Shown: positions 38,545-47,270 of the stretch, one piece after another
Layout: the number at the start of each line of letters is the position of its first letter
How positions within the stretch are numbered: position 1 is the stretch's first letter
DNA from: Candidatus Heimdallarchaeota archaeon
GTDB taxonomy: Archaea; Asgardarchaeota; Heimdallarchaeia; Heimdallarchaeales; Heimdallarchaeaceae
Assembly: GCA_030603365.1 (NCBI GenBank)
Contig: JAUVXV010000001.1
Coordinates: 448,001-512,000 of the forward strand
DNA length: 64,000 nucleotides
Reading direction: 5' to 3'
The notes under the pieces: generated by a model
The model's database searches: none
Told to the model about the DNA's origin: nothing
Seen by the model: only the letters and a program-made list of their open reading frames with translations
Translations under genes and position numbers: made by a program

Positions 38545-39015
38545 GTCAATTCAAAAATCCATTTGGGATTCTTTAAATCATTTCAGGACTCATCCTAGAC
38601 CAGCAAAATCTGTATGAAAAACTGTGTTCTTCATTGGGTTTATAACTACAATATCTGTAGCAGTACCGGTCTTCTGGCTGTAGCAAAGGAATCCTTTCCC
38701 GTTACTAGAGGGAACTCATTACCGAACTTATCAAAACTAAGAACTGATAAGTTCTCTACCTATCCCATCGAATCTATAGAAACGATATATCCCCTAAGGA
38801 ATATTTAAGCCACTGGCTTAAGGTTTTGAAGTGTTCATAATGCTCTAGATTATGATACTCACCGGAAAGCCTGTCTCGAAGTACTTTCTTCCTTTTGAAC
38901 TCTCCACTTGGTACCAAAACATATCTGATCAACCTCTTTGCTATGTTCCTTGTACCGTTCAAGTCTGCATTGAGTTCATAGTTGCACTGATGGCAAACAA
39001 CATTCCTTTTTTTTT
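38545..39015 (-). mobile_element. tnpB: IS200/IS605-type remnant: 3' fragment of tnpB plus structured right-end / omegaRNA-like region
   Basis: Minus frame reads VCHQCNYELNADLNGTRNIAKR (Zn finger + RuvC-III) with an in-frame stop and no start just upstream of the CxxC; several hairpins lie between 38545 and 38821. Confidence 0.7.
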
Positions 39016-39070
39016 GGAAAAAGAGAGGAAACTTTTAAAGCTTTAAAAATAGTTTATTAAGGAGATAAAA

Positions 39071-40660
39071 ATGTCTAAGAAACTCATTAGGATTTATGTT
39101 TGTTGCACCATCTTGATCTTTCTTTATGCTTCATTTGCTTGTAAACTAGATTCAGAACCTGATACCACAAAAAATATCGCTCGAACACAAAACTTACAAC
39201 ATAAATCATTCCCTAGAATAACTAAAACAAAATCAAGTTTGACACTTCACTCAAGTATAATTATTCTATCAGACGAGGATTTCATAACACAAGGGTTTCC
39301 AGGAGAAGGAACACCTACTAATCCTTATCGGATTGAGAATTACGAAATCACAACAAGCTTCGCAGTTGGGATATATGTATTCAATACTACTAAGAGTTTC
39401 ATAATCTCTAATTGCTTCATATCTGCTCTAGAAGATGGAATAGTAATCACTGATATTATTGCTGGAATTGTTGTCATAGAAAACAATACTTGTGCAAATC
39501 ACAATTACGAGGGGATTTACGTTTGGGGATCTAATAGTATCTTTATTAGAAAAAATGAATGTTATGGAAACCGGAATGGAATAGCTACTGATCATGTGGA
39601 TTATCTTGAGATTAAAAATAATTATTGTCACAATAATGGGATCAGCATCAAATTAGTCTTTTCAAATCATGCCATTGTCACAGATAACACCTTATCCGGT
39701 GGAGGAATTATATTGTATTACGTAGATCATTCGATATTTGAACGCAATGTCATAATTAACTATGGTTATTCTGGAATAATGATGAACTGGGGAGAACACA
39801 ATCGATTAGAGAATAATTATTGCAATGGAGGTGTTTTTGGAATTGATGTTGATATGTCACAAAATATCACGATTGTTAATAATGAATGTTCAAGGAATCT
39901 ATATGATGGTATTTTTACTAGATTCACTGATGATTTGCTAATATTGAATAACTTCAGTACAAAGAACAATGAATCAGGTATTAGAGTAGTTACTTGTTCG
40001 AATATGACTGTTGCAAGAAACACATGTACGGAAAACAAAGGCGCAGGAATCTATGCATTCTACAACTCATTAACACCCTCTATCCCACCAATAATTGAAG
40101 ATAATCTATGCAAGAACAATTCAATAGGAATGAGAGTTTGGGAAACATATTATGCAAAAATATCGAATAATACTGTCGAATCTAATGGACAAGGGATTCT
40201 ACTTGTCGATTCAAAATATATAGAAATAGTAAATAATACTCTACTAAGAAACAGAAAATATGGAGTTAAGATAGCTACTTTGCTTTCAACTTGGAATGTC
40301 ATACATCATAACTACTTCATTTGCAATAATCTAGGAGGTACAGAATATGGTTTTTCCCAAGCCTTTGATGATAGCTATAATAACAAGTGGTATGATGATG
40401 ATTCAAGCACAGGTAATTTTTGGACAGATTATGAAGGAGAAGGAGAATACTCTATAGATGGAAAATACAATATGACAGATCTTTACCCCTTTATCTATGA
40501 TTATGAATGTGCAACAATAACTGAACCTACTAGTGAGTACACTGAACCTACTAGTGAGTACACTGATGAATCAGCTATTTCAATGTTAATCACTTTGTGC
40601 TCATTTCTAGGCTTAAGTAGTATAGGTACAATTATACGAAAACGTCAGAGAAAACAATAA
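39071..40660 (+). CDS. NosD / right-handed beta-helix surface protein
   Basis: Signal peptide, GEGTPTNPYRIEN, GI...NN repeats, GNFWTDY, DLYP, C-terminal TM. Confidence 0.88.
   Translation: MSKKLIRIYVCCTILIFLYASFACKLDSEPDTTKNIARTQNLQHKSFPRITKTKSSLTLHSSIIILSDEDFITQGFPGEGTPTNPYRIENYEITTSFAVGIYVFNTTKSFIISNCFISALEDGIVITDIIAGIVVIENNTCANHNYEGIYVWGSNSIFIRKNECYGNRNGIATDHVDYLEIKNNYCHNNGISIKLVFSNHAIVTDNTLSGGGIILYYVDHSIFERNVIINYGYSGIMMNWGEHNRLENNYCNGGVFGIDVDMSQNITIVNNECSRNLYDGIFTRFTDDLLILNNFSTKNNESGIRVVTCSNMTVARNTCTENKGAGIYAFYNSLTPSIPPIIEDNLCKNNSIGMRVWETYYAKISNNTVESNGQGILLVDSKYIEIVNNTLLRNRKYGVKIATLLSTWNVIHHNYFICNNLGGTEYGFSQAFDDSYNNKWYDDDSSTGNFWTDYEGEGEYSIDGKYNMTDLYPFIYDYECATITEPTSEYTEPTSEYTDESAISMLITLCSFLGLSSIGTIIRKRQRKQ
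40520..40566 (+). repeat. 21-bp tandem duplication (TEPTSEY x2) in linker
   Basis: ACTGAACCTACTAGTGAGTAC twice, followed by ACTGA. Confidence 0.85.
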
Positions 40661-40676
40661 TTAAAGTACAATGAGA

Positions 40677-40835
40677 TTAGAAGAATCGATCTAAATCTGA
40701 CTGCTTTTTTTTCCTCATGAAATCTTTGAGTTCCTTATCTTTCTGGTCAATGAACCATTGTTTGATACGTTTATCAGGATCAACAACAGATTTTGGAACC
40801 CAGATTTCTTTATCAGTGTAATTCTCAATTAGCAT
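40677..40835 (-). CDS. 52-aa microprotein ending in a PIP box
   Basis: MLIENYTDKEIWVPKS...KQSDLDRFF. Confidence 0.55.
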   Translation of the reverse strand: MLIENYTDKEIWVPKSVVDPDKRIKQWFIDQKDKELKDFMRKKKQSDLDRFF

Positions 40836-40899
40836 AGTTTTTGCATTTAATATCAAAAAACAAAAAATAATAAAAGAGTTCAAAGAAAAAGAATAATTA

Positions 40900-41556
40900 T
40901 TATGCCTTATATGGCATAATTTCTACAACAATGTTTTCGTCAACTAATTCGATGTCTCTTGCAGCCTTACGGACAGCTTCTTTGGCGATTTCAACCATTT
41001 GATCAGTTGTTAAATCTTCATTATATGTTTCTTTCAAATAAGCAATCGCTTCAGAATCACCTTCGCCCATAGCTTTGGCTTTACAGGACATTACTCCACC
41101 TCCAGGATCTACAAAATGTAGACTTGGTCCTTTATGATCGATTCCTCCAAATAACAGCCCCACTCCAAATGGTCGAAGACCACCTTGTTGTGTGAATACT
41201 TGAATGTAATCTCCTATTTTTATCGAAAGTCCTTGAATATCAATTGGTTCTGCATAAGTTAAGTTGAAGATTTCTGCTTCTAATCTTGAACGAGTAATAA
41301 GAAGTCTACCATCAGCAGCAACTCCAGCAAAGATAGCATGAATTTTATCTGAAATTTTGTGAATCTTTAGATCGGGTTCATTTAGATCAACGATTCTAAG
41401 TAATCCTGCAAGAACTACACCATGTTTACTTTTAATTCCAACAGCAATACTTCCTCTCCTGACTGATTCTCTTGCATATTCAGTTTGAATAATACGTCCT
41501 TCAGGTGAATACATAGTTGTTGTTCTATCATATCCCATAGATTGTGGTCCTAACAT
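40900..41556 (-). CDS. psmA: 20S proteasome alpha subunit
   Basis: GYDR..MYSPEGR..Q.EYA, RPFGVGLL. Confidence 0.93.
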   Translation of the reverse strand: MLGPQSMGYDRTTTMYSPEGRIIQTEYARESVRRGSIAVGIKSKHGVVLAGLLRIVDLNEPDLKIHKISDKIHAIFAGVAADGRLLITRSRLEAEIFNLTYAEPIDIQGLSIKIGDYIQVFTQQGGLRPFGVGLLFGGIDHKGPSLHFVDPGGGVMSCKAKAMGEGDSEAIAYLKETYNEDLTTDQMVEIAKEAVRKAARDIELVDENIVVEIMPYKA

Positions 41557-41560
41557 TTTC

Positions 41561-42235
41561 TTAAGCCTCCAAATACTTCTTTACATCTTCAGGAGTCAAT
41601 CTCTTGATTCCTTTCTTGTTCACTAGTACAACATCCATACCATCACCAGTTGCAGTATCTCTACTAATTGCTGTAGCTAATGCAGTTATGGCAATTTTCA
41701 AACCCTCTTCTTCTGGTAAATTTTCTTTCCAAGTTGATTCAAGAACACCATATGCAACTAGAGATCCTGACCCTGTAGATGCAAAATCTTCCGCTGAGAT
41801 TCCTCCAGCCATATCTAATGTGTAGATATGTTCGCCATAATCATCTATGCCTGCTACAATCATTGAAACCCAATAAGGAAAATATGATCTATATTGTTCA
41901 TACATGATAGATGCAAGAAGACTACCTGCCATTTTAGTAGAAGGAGGATATCCTCTTCCTAATTCGTAAAGACTTAGGTTTGCTCTTGTCAGATGAACTA
42001 GATACTGAGCGTCTGAGACCAACCCAGCGATAGTAGCAATAGTGAAAGCATTGAGTTCATGCAGCTTTTCTACTTTCTTTGAAGCTATAAAAGTACCCAT
42101 AGAAGCTCTTTTGTCAGCAGCTGCTGCGATGCCTCCCTTGAATTTCAAAGCTATAGTTGTTGTACCATGTTTTGGATCCATAAATGGGTTGTTTGTCATC
42201 CCACTAAAATTTGGATTATTCATAGGATTGTTCAT
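41561..42235 (-). CDS. psmB: 20S proteasome beta subunit (active Thr)
   Basis: Propeptide-HG|TTT, ADKRAS, GSGS, RDTATG. Confidence 0.95.
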   Translation of the reverse strand: MNNPMNNPNFSGMTNNPFMDPKHGTTTIALKFKGGIAAAADKRASMGTFIASKKVEKLHELNAFTIATIAGLVSDAQYLVHLTRANLSLYELGRGYPPSTKMAGSLLASIMYEQYRSYFPYWVSMIVAGIDDYGEHIYTLDMAGGISAEDFASTGSGSLVAYGVLESTWKENLPEEEGLKIAITALATAISRDTATGDGMDVVLVNKKGIKRLTPEDVKKYLEA

Positions 42236-42294
42236 AATATTACCTCGTTTATTTTTCTTTTTTATTTAAATATTTAGTGTTTTCATCGATTTAA

Positions 42295-43011
42295 CTAATT
42301 ATAAGTTGTTTTATCAATGTGATTTGTTATTTCATCTTCATAGATGTCTACTCTCACATCATTCAGATTTAATATTTCATTATTTACCCATTTTGTTATC
42401 ATTTTAATGTTTGAATTTGTGGGTTGAGTTTCTCTGTATTCTAAGTCAATTGAACCATTTCTGTTAACAAATAGGTGGACTTGATTATCATCACTATCTT
42501 TCCAACACAATTTGATTTGATCTTTTATTGTTCTTTTGTAGAGAAAACGGAAATCACCAAACCATCTTCTTTCAAGGATAGAACTTATTTCTTCCTGATC
42601 TAAAGGTGGTATTGTTCTGATTTTTTGCCATTTTGAGCTATAATTGGTGTCTTGTACATTTACCGCTTTAGCATTTAAAAGATCCTTAATTAGTGATTTA
42701 GTATATCTGCTTCCAGCATGTGTTAATTCATATGTTCCATAGTTGTTTTTTAGCAAATATTTTCTGTCTTGCAATCTTTTCAAAGCTTTTGTAAGTTGAT
42801 GCTGGTGAAGCGTTGTAGTTTTTCTTAATCCTGAAAAACCATATAAAATATTTGAATCTGATAATGCAAGTAACAATTGAACCTCGGGTAATGTCATATA
42901 ATCATATTCTGTACTGTAGAAATAATCATTTGGCAAATTATCTAATTTTAAACTATTTTCATGTGTCTGTTTAAAACTAGAGAACTCATGATACCATTGG
43001 TCCATATTCAT
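42295..43011 (-). CDS. Winged-helix hypothetical protein
   Basis: FSGLRK..LHQHQLTKALKRL..GTYELT. Confidence 0.6.
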   Translation of the reverse strand: MNMDQWYHEFSSFKQTHENSLKLDNLPNDYFYSTEYDYMTLPEVQLLLALSDSNILYGFSGLRKTTTLHQHQLTKALKRLQDRKYLLKNNYGTYELTHAGSRYTKSLIKDLLNAKAVNVQDTNYSSKWQKIRTIPPLDQEEISSILERRWFGDFRFLYKRTIKDQIKLCWKDSDDNQVHLFVNRNGSIDLEYRETQPTNSNIKMITKWVNNEILNLNDVRVDIYEDEITNHIDKTTYN

Positions 43012-43111
43012 AATATTTTCATTATAATCTTTGACACTACACTATATAATGACTCGGTTTTATACGAAATGTCCTATAGTTTTTGTCAACAGATGAATCG
43101 TTTTTTTGATT

Positions 43112-44857
43112 TTATTCCTCTGAAGATGTATCATCTGAATCAGGATCTATTGATGCAGATGTTGGGTGCAAATACACTTCTCCTTCAAGAATAGTATATG
43201 GAATTCTTCTTTCATCAATCCATGGAGCCCCATCTCTAAATTCTTTGAACATATCATTACTCACTATCATGGCCTCTTCCTCTTCAGCTAAGCGAAGAAT
43301 GAATTTATCTCCATCTACTCTAGCAGGAAGCATCTTTATGGCTCCTTCTCTCACAAGTTGATCTAATCTCTTCTGTTCATCGATTTGATATCTTAAAGCT
43401 GCATCAGCAACAGTTATTATTTTCTTGAAATTCGCTCTACTCAATCGATTTATCATTGATTCAACATTAGCAATTTTTGGCTTATTTGACAAGCTCTTCT
43501 CTTCCCATGCAATATTTGATCCATCCAGAATTACCGTTTCAAAAGGATATCTTAGTTCGGGGAAAATTCTTGTTCTAGAAATCTGTGTTCTTTTTGCTAT
43601 GCCTAGAAAAATATCTCTAGAAAAATAAGCTAACCCTAAAAGTAGTGCTGTAAAAATAATTCCGTATATAATTTGCTCTGTTTGTAACGTATCAAGATTA
43701 GGTTCAATAGGAATAACTGATACTTCTTGAAATCTCGTTAAGAGTAAATTAGAATACCATTTTGTTTCTGCTATAGTAGTCCATTCTAAATCTATTGTGA
43801 AAAATAATGCAACAGCTCCAGAGATGATTGGGTTTCCGATGACTGATAAATAGTTTTTACCTGAGATTGCCCTTGTTGAATCTTCAATCCCCTCAAATTC
43901 TATATTATCACAATCAACTATTGGTAAAACATATAACGTAACACCTTCATTATTCGTTATTTCATATTCAATCAAGTATTCTTCTCCCATTGTTACATTA
44001 ATGGGTAGATTCCAGACATCAATCTCTATCTCTGGCATAACAATGATTTGTAGTGTATCACTTTCCGTTACTTTTTCAGTTTCTGGATCATCTACTGTTT
44101 TATAAGTAATGGTAAAAGAGTGCTTCTGATAGAGAAAAGTATCTGGATAGAACCCAATATAATCTGAAAAGCTTTCTCCCCCCTCTATTTCTAGATTAGA
44201 TATTAAGATTGCCCAAGTAACAGAACCTGTTGTACCTGTTTTCGTTATTTCATTTGTGACGGTAACATTTGTTGCCTTTGTTTCACCCGTGTTGGAAATT
44301 ATACAAAAGACCTCATTATTCTGTTCTCTTTCAAGATAAACAGGATTAATAGGGAAAAACATTCTTAACCTTCCAAAAGGAAGAACGGTCAGTTCAAATG
44401 TTGATGAGGCATTATATGTTTTTGATGTTGTACTATTTGCAAAAGCGGTGACTGAATAATTACCGGCGTCTTGACCATTGAATGTGGGCCAAGGAATGGT
44501 TTGGTTGAAATATCCTGTTTCTGTATCATTTAGAAGTATTGTATTCTCATAAATTATTTCAACTGACGGATTTGTAATGTTAAAAAAGATATACGAATCA
44601 GGGATATATGATTCGTTTTCTTCATATGTGTACTGAAATAATATTAGTAGATCATCTTCTCCTCTAGTTAGAGCCGTTGTGTTTAATTCCATGACAAATG
44701 TAGCATTTTCGAGAGTATGAAAAATCGGTTGAAATAGATTGTCTATAGGAGGTTCTCTTGCTTCAGTTGGCAGAGTTGCAGGATTCAATAAAAGAGATAT
44801 AAAAGCGATTCCTACTATTAAGCTGAAGACACTACTCTTCATTGACCTCCTGTACAT
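43112..44857 (-). CDS. Single-pass membrane protein: Ig-like ectodomain + cytoplasmic Zc3h12a/Regnase-type NYN RNase
   Basis: Signal peptide, N-x-S/T-rich beta domains, TM near 43620-43670, then ILDGSNIA, DGDKFIL, IVSNDMF. Confidence 0.85.
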   Translation of the reverse strand: MYRRSMKSSVFSLIVGIAFISLLLNPATLPTEAREPPIDNLFQPIFHTLENATFVMELNTTALTRGEDDLLILFQYTYEENESYIPDSYIFFNITNPSVEIIYENTILLNDTETGYFNQTIPWPTFNGQDAGNYSVTAFANSTTSKTYNASSTFELTVLPFGRLRMFFPINPVYLEREQNNEVFCIISNTGETKATNVTVTNEITKTGTTGSVTWAILISNLEIEGGESFSDYIGFYPDTFLYQKHSFTITYKTVDDPETEKVTESDTLQIIVMPEIEIDVWNLPINVTMGEEYLIEYEITNNEGVTLYVLPIVDCDNIEFEGIEDSTRAISGKNYLSVIGNPIISGAVALFFTIDLEWTTIAETKWYSNLLLTRFQEVSVIPIEPNLDTLQTEQIIYGIIFTALLLGLAYFSRDIFLGIAKRTQISRTRIFPELRYPFETVILDGSNIAWEEKSLSNKPKIANVESMINRLSRANFKKIITVADAALRYQIDEQKRLDQLVREGAIKMLPARVDGDKFILRLAEEEEAMIVSNDMFKEFRDGAPWIDERRIPYTILEGEVYLHPTSASIDPDSDDTSSEE

Positions 44858-44961
44858 TTAGTGCACTTCTATTTTATTATTCAATATAATATTTTTTCTT
44901 GGTTTAATAAGTTTAACGTGAGTTAGTAGAATTTTCCACCTGTAATCAGAAAAAAACTTAG

Positions 44962-45293
44962 TGAACGATGCGAAAATACCCCTGATTCTGTTTGGAAGCC
45001 GTCAAGGACCTTCCGGGCAACATTCATCTAAGCACTTTACCCAGTTCATATGAACTCTACTTAAGCTTGCTCCTCGATGATTGACCGTTTCAGCGGTTCC
45101 TATATCCTCCTCAGCAAATTATCTCTAGAAGTGTCACCACTCTATTCATCGCATCATTGTCTCTGAATATAGGTCGTATCGTTTCTGTTCCAAGAGCCAT
45201 ATTCTCATATGGTGGATTTACATCCACATCGATTTTATTGGAGTCAGGAGGTTCCTCAGCTATAAGCCGATAGTTGCCTTTTCGCTTCGCTCA
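44962..45293 (-). ncRNA. rnpB: RNase P RNA
   Basis: GAGGAACCTCC, ACAGAAAC, TGAAACGG, GAGCAAG, ACAGAATCAGGGG; P1 helix TGAGCGAAGCGAAAA/TTTTCGCATCGTTCA. Confidence 0.93.
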
Positions 45294-45358
45294 ATGTATT
45301 GTTAAATTTATTTAAAATAAAACTATCTGTTTTTGAGACTTGTTATTTCATTTGGGAT

Positions 45359-46525
45359 TTATATTACTTTCATGCTCTTACCAATTTTTTCCATGGTTTC
45401 CAAAATGAAATCTATTTCGTCTTCTGTATGGGTTGCCATTACACAGCAACGTAATCTTCCAGCTTCTCTTGGAACTGCTGGAAATACTATTGGAGGAACA
45501 AGAATCCCTTCCTTTTTCATTTTCTTAGCATAACGAAAAGTTTTGATGTCATCTCCTATAATTACAGGAACAATTGGTGTATCTTTACTTCTCAATGTGT
45601 TATAACCCATTTCTTTTACTCCATTAATGAAATAGGCATAATTCTTTTGAAGTGATTTAATCAATTCTTTGTCAGTTTCTATAATTTCCAGAGCTTTTAA
45701 TGATACAGCAGCACACATTGGTGGAAGTGCTGCACTAAAAACAAAAGCATTTGATGTAAATTTTAGGTATGTAATGACTTCTTTTCTAGCTGCTATATAT
45801 CCACCTATAGAAGGTATAGCTTTGCTCAATGTCCCCATATAAATGTCAACTGCACCAGGTTTAAGATCAAAATAATCATCAACACCTCGTCCATTAGGAC
45901 CAACTGTCCCGAGAGCATGAGCTTCATCCACCATAGTAAAAGAATCATGTTGTTTAGCAATTTCTATTATTTCAGGCATTGGAGCTATATCTCCATCCAT
46001 ACTAAATACACCATCAACTATCACCAGAACGCGTTTATAGTTTGAACGATTTTCCTCTAATACCCTTTCCAAATCACCAGTATCATTATGGTTGAATCTT
46101 TTCCAGTCTGCTTTCGATAAAATACACCCATCGTATATACTTTGATGGTCATATTTGTCAATAACAATAAGATCATCCTTACCAAAGAGTGTAGATATTA
46201 AAGTCATGTTTGTAACATATCCACTACTATAGACAATTGAATCTTCTGTTCTTTTAAAATCAGCAATTTTTCTTTCTAACTGTTCATGTATATCAGCTGT
46301 TCCAGTAAGTAATCTTACTCCTCCTGCACCACTACCATATTTATCTAAAGCTTCATGAGCTACTTTGAATATTTCAGGATGTGAAATCAATCCCAAATAG
46401 CTATACGATCCTAACATCAGAAGTTCTTGATTACCGATAGTAACTTTATTTGAGGCTACTCCTTGAATAGGTAACATGTAAGTCATTAAACCAAATCTAA
46501 CAAGATTTTTCTCCCTAGCTAACAA
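45359..46525 (-). CDS. PLP-dependent alpha-oxoamine synthase (SPT/AONS/KBL family), SPT-like
   Basis: GSYSYLGL, DHQSIYDG, DGVFSMDG, DEAH, GTLSKA, MATHT. Confidence 0.88.
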   Translation of the reverse strand: MLAREKNLVRFGLMTYMLPIQGVASNKVTIGNQELLMLGSYSYLGLISHPEIFKVAHEALDKYGSGAGGVRLLTGTADIHEQLERKIADFKRTEDSIVYSSGYVTNMTLISTLFGKDDLIVIDKYDHQSIYDGCILSKADWKRFNHNDTGDLERVLEENRSNYKRVLVIVDGVFSMDGDIAPMPEIIEIAKQHDSFTMVDEAHALGTVGPNGRGVDDYFDLKPGAVDIYMGTLSKAIPSIGGYIAARKEVITYLKFTSNAFVFSAALPPMCAAVSLKALEIIETDKELIKSLQKNYAYFINGVKEMGYNTLRSKDTPIVPVIIGDDIKTFRYAKKMKKEGILVPPIVFPAVPREAGRLRCCVMATHTEDEIDFILETMEKIGKSMKVI

Positions 46526-46739
46526 ATCCTTTATTTTCTTATTGTCAATAATGTCTGTAATTTTATTCGCCTCAAGCTGAGATAAACCTCAATATATTGA
46601 ATTAGACAATAATATGTTATTAATAAAACTTCACTTAAAATCATAAAATTAAAGTGCTTATTTCTCATTAAGACTACAAATTATATGATTCTTTTGTGGT
46701 GTTTAAATAGGTTCGACAGACTGAGAGTACTGAAAGTAA

Positions 46740-47105
46740 ATGACAAGATTTTGGGGTGATAATGAAGAAGCTCGGTTGTTGGCTAAAAAAACAATCGAAA
46801 ATCATCTTCAAAAAATTACTGAAAATCAAGGTCAAGTGAACGTCAAAGATTTATTTAAATTATTGTGGAATGATTATCATCTTTTTGATCATTATTTACG
46901 ATTAGTACTCAGACTGGAAGAACTAGAAAATGAAGCAAAAATTTCAATTGATTCAGAGAAAAATCTGAAACCTGTAAAAATGACTGTACTTGAAACTGAA
47001 GGACTAAAAGAAATAAAAGTGTGGGATTTCTATAACAAGAAAGATCAAGTAGATAGAAATAAGCAGATAATTGAAAGGTATAAGAAGATAAACTTTCTAG
47101 CTTGA
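46740..47105 (+). CDS. Hypothetical protein
   Basis: 121-aa ORF filling the intergenic gap. Confidence 0.6.
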   Translation: MTRFWGDNEEARLLAKKTIENHLQKITENQGQVNVKDLFKLLWNDYHLFDHYLRLVLRLEELENEAKISIDSEKNLKPVKMTVLETEGLKEIKVWDFYNKKDQVDRNKQIIERYKKINFLA

Positions 47106-47177
47106 GATTAGGAATTCTTAATCGAAAGATATAAAGAGGGAGAAAGTTTAGAAAGAAACAAGTTTCTTGATTTTAAT

Positions 47178-47253
47178 GGGCCAGTAGTTCAGTGGATAGA
47201 ATGGCTGCCTGCGGAGCAGTTGGTCGCAGGTTCAAATCCTGCCTGGTCCGCCA
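47178..47253 (+). tRNA. tRNA-Arg(GCG), CCA encoded
   Basis: Anticodon arm GCTGC-CT-GCG-GA-GCAGT; TTCAAAT T-loop. Confidence 0.95.
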
Positions 47254-47270
47254 ATTTTTCTTATTTAAAA

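Noticed and set aside
38614-39046. ORFs 38614-38808(+) and 38852-39046(+)
   Set aside because: Antisense to the tnpB remnant and structured region; no protein features
46685-46733. Possible C/D box sRNA (ATGATT...CTGA...CTGA)
   Set aside because: C box is non-consensus, spacing is atypical and no target can be identified
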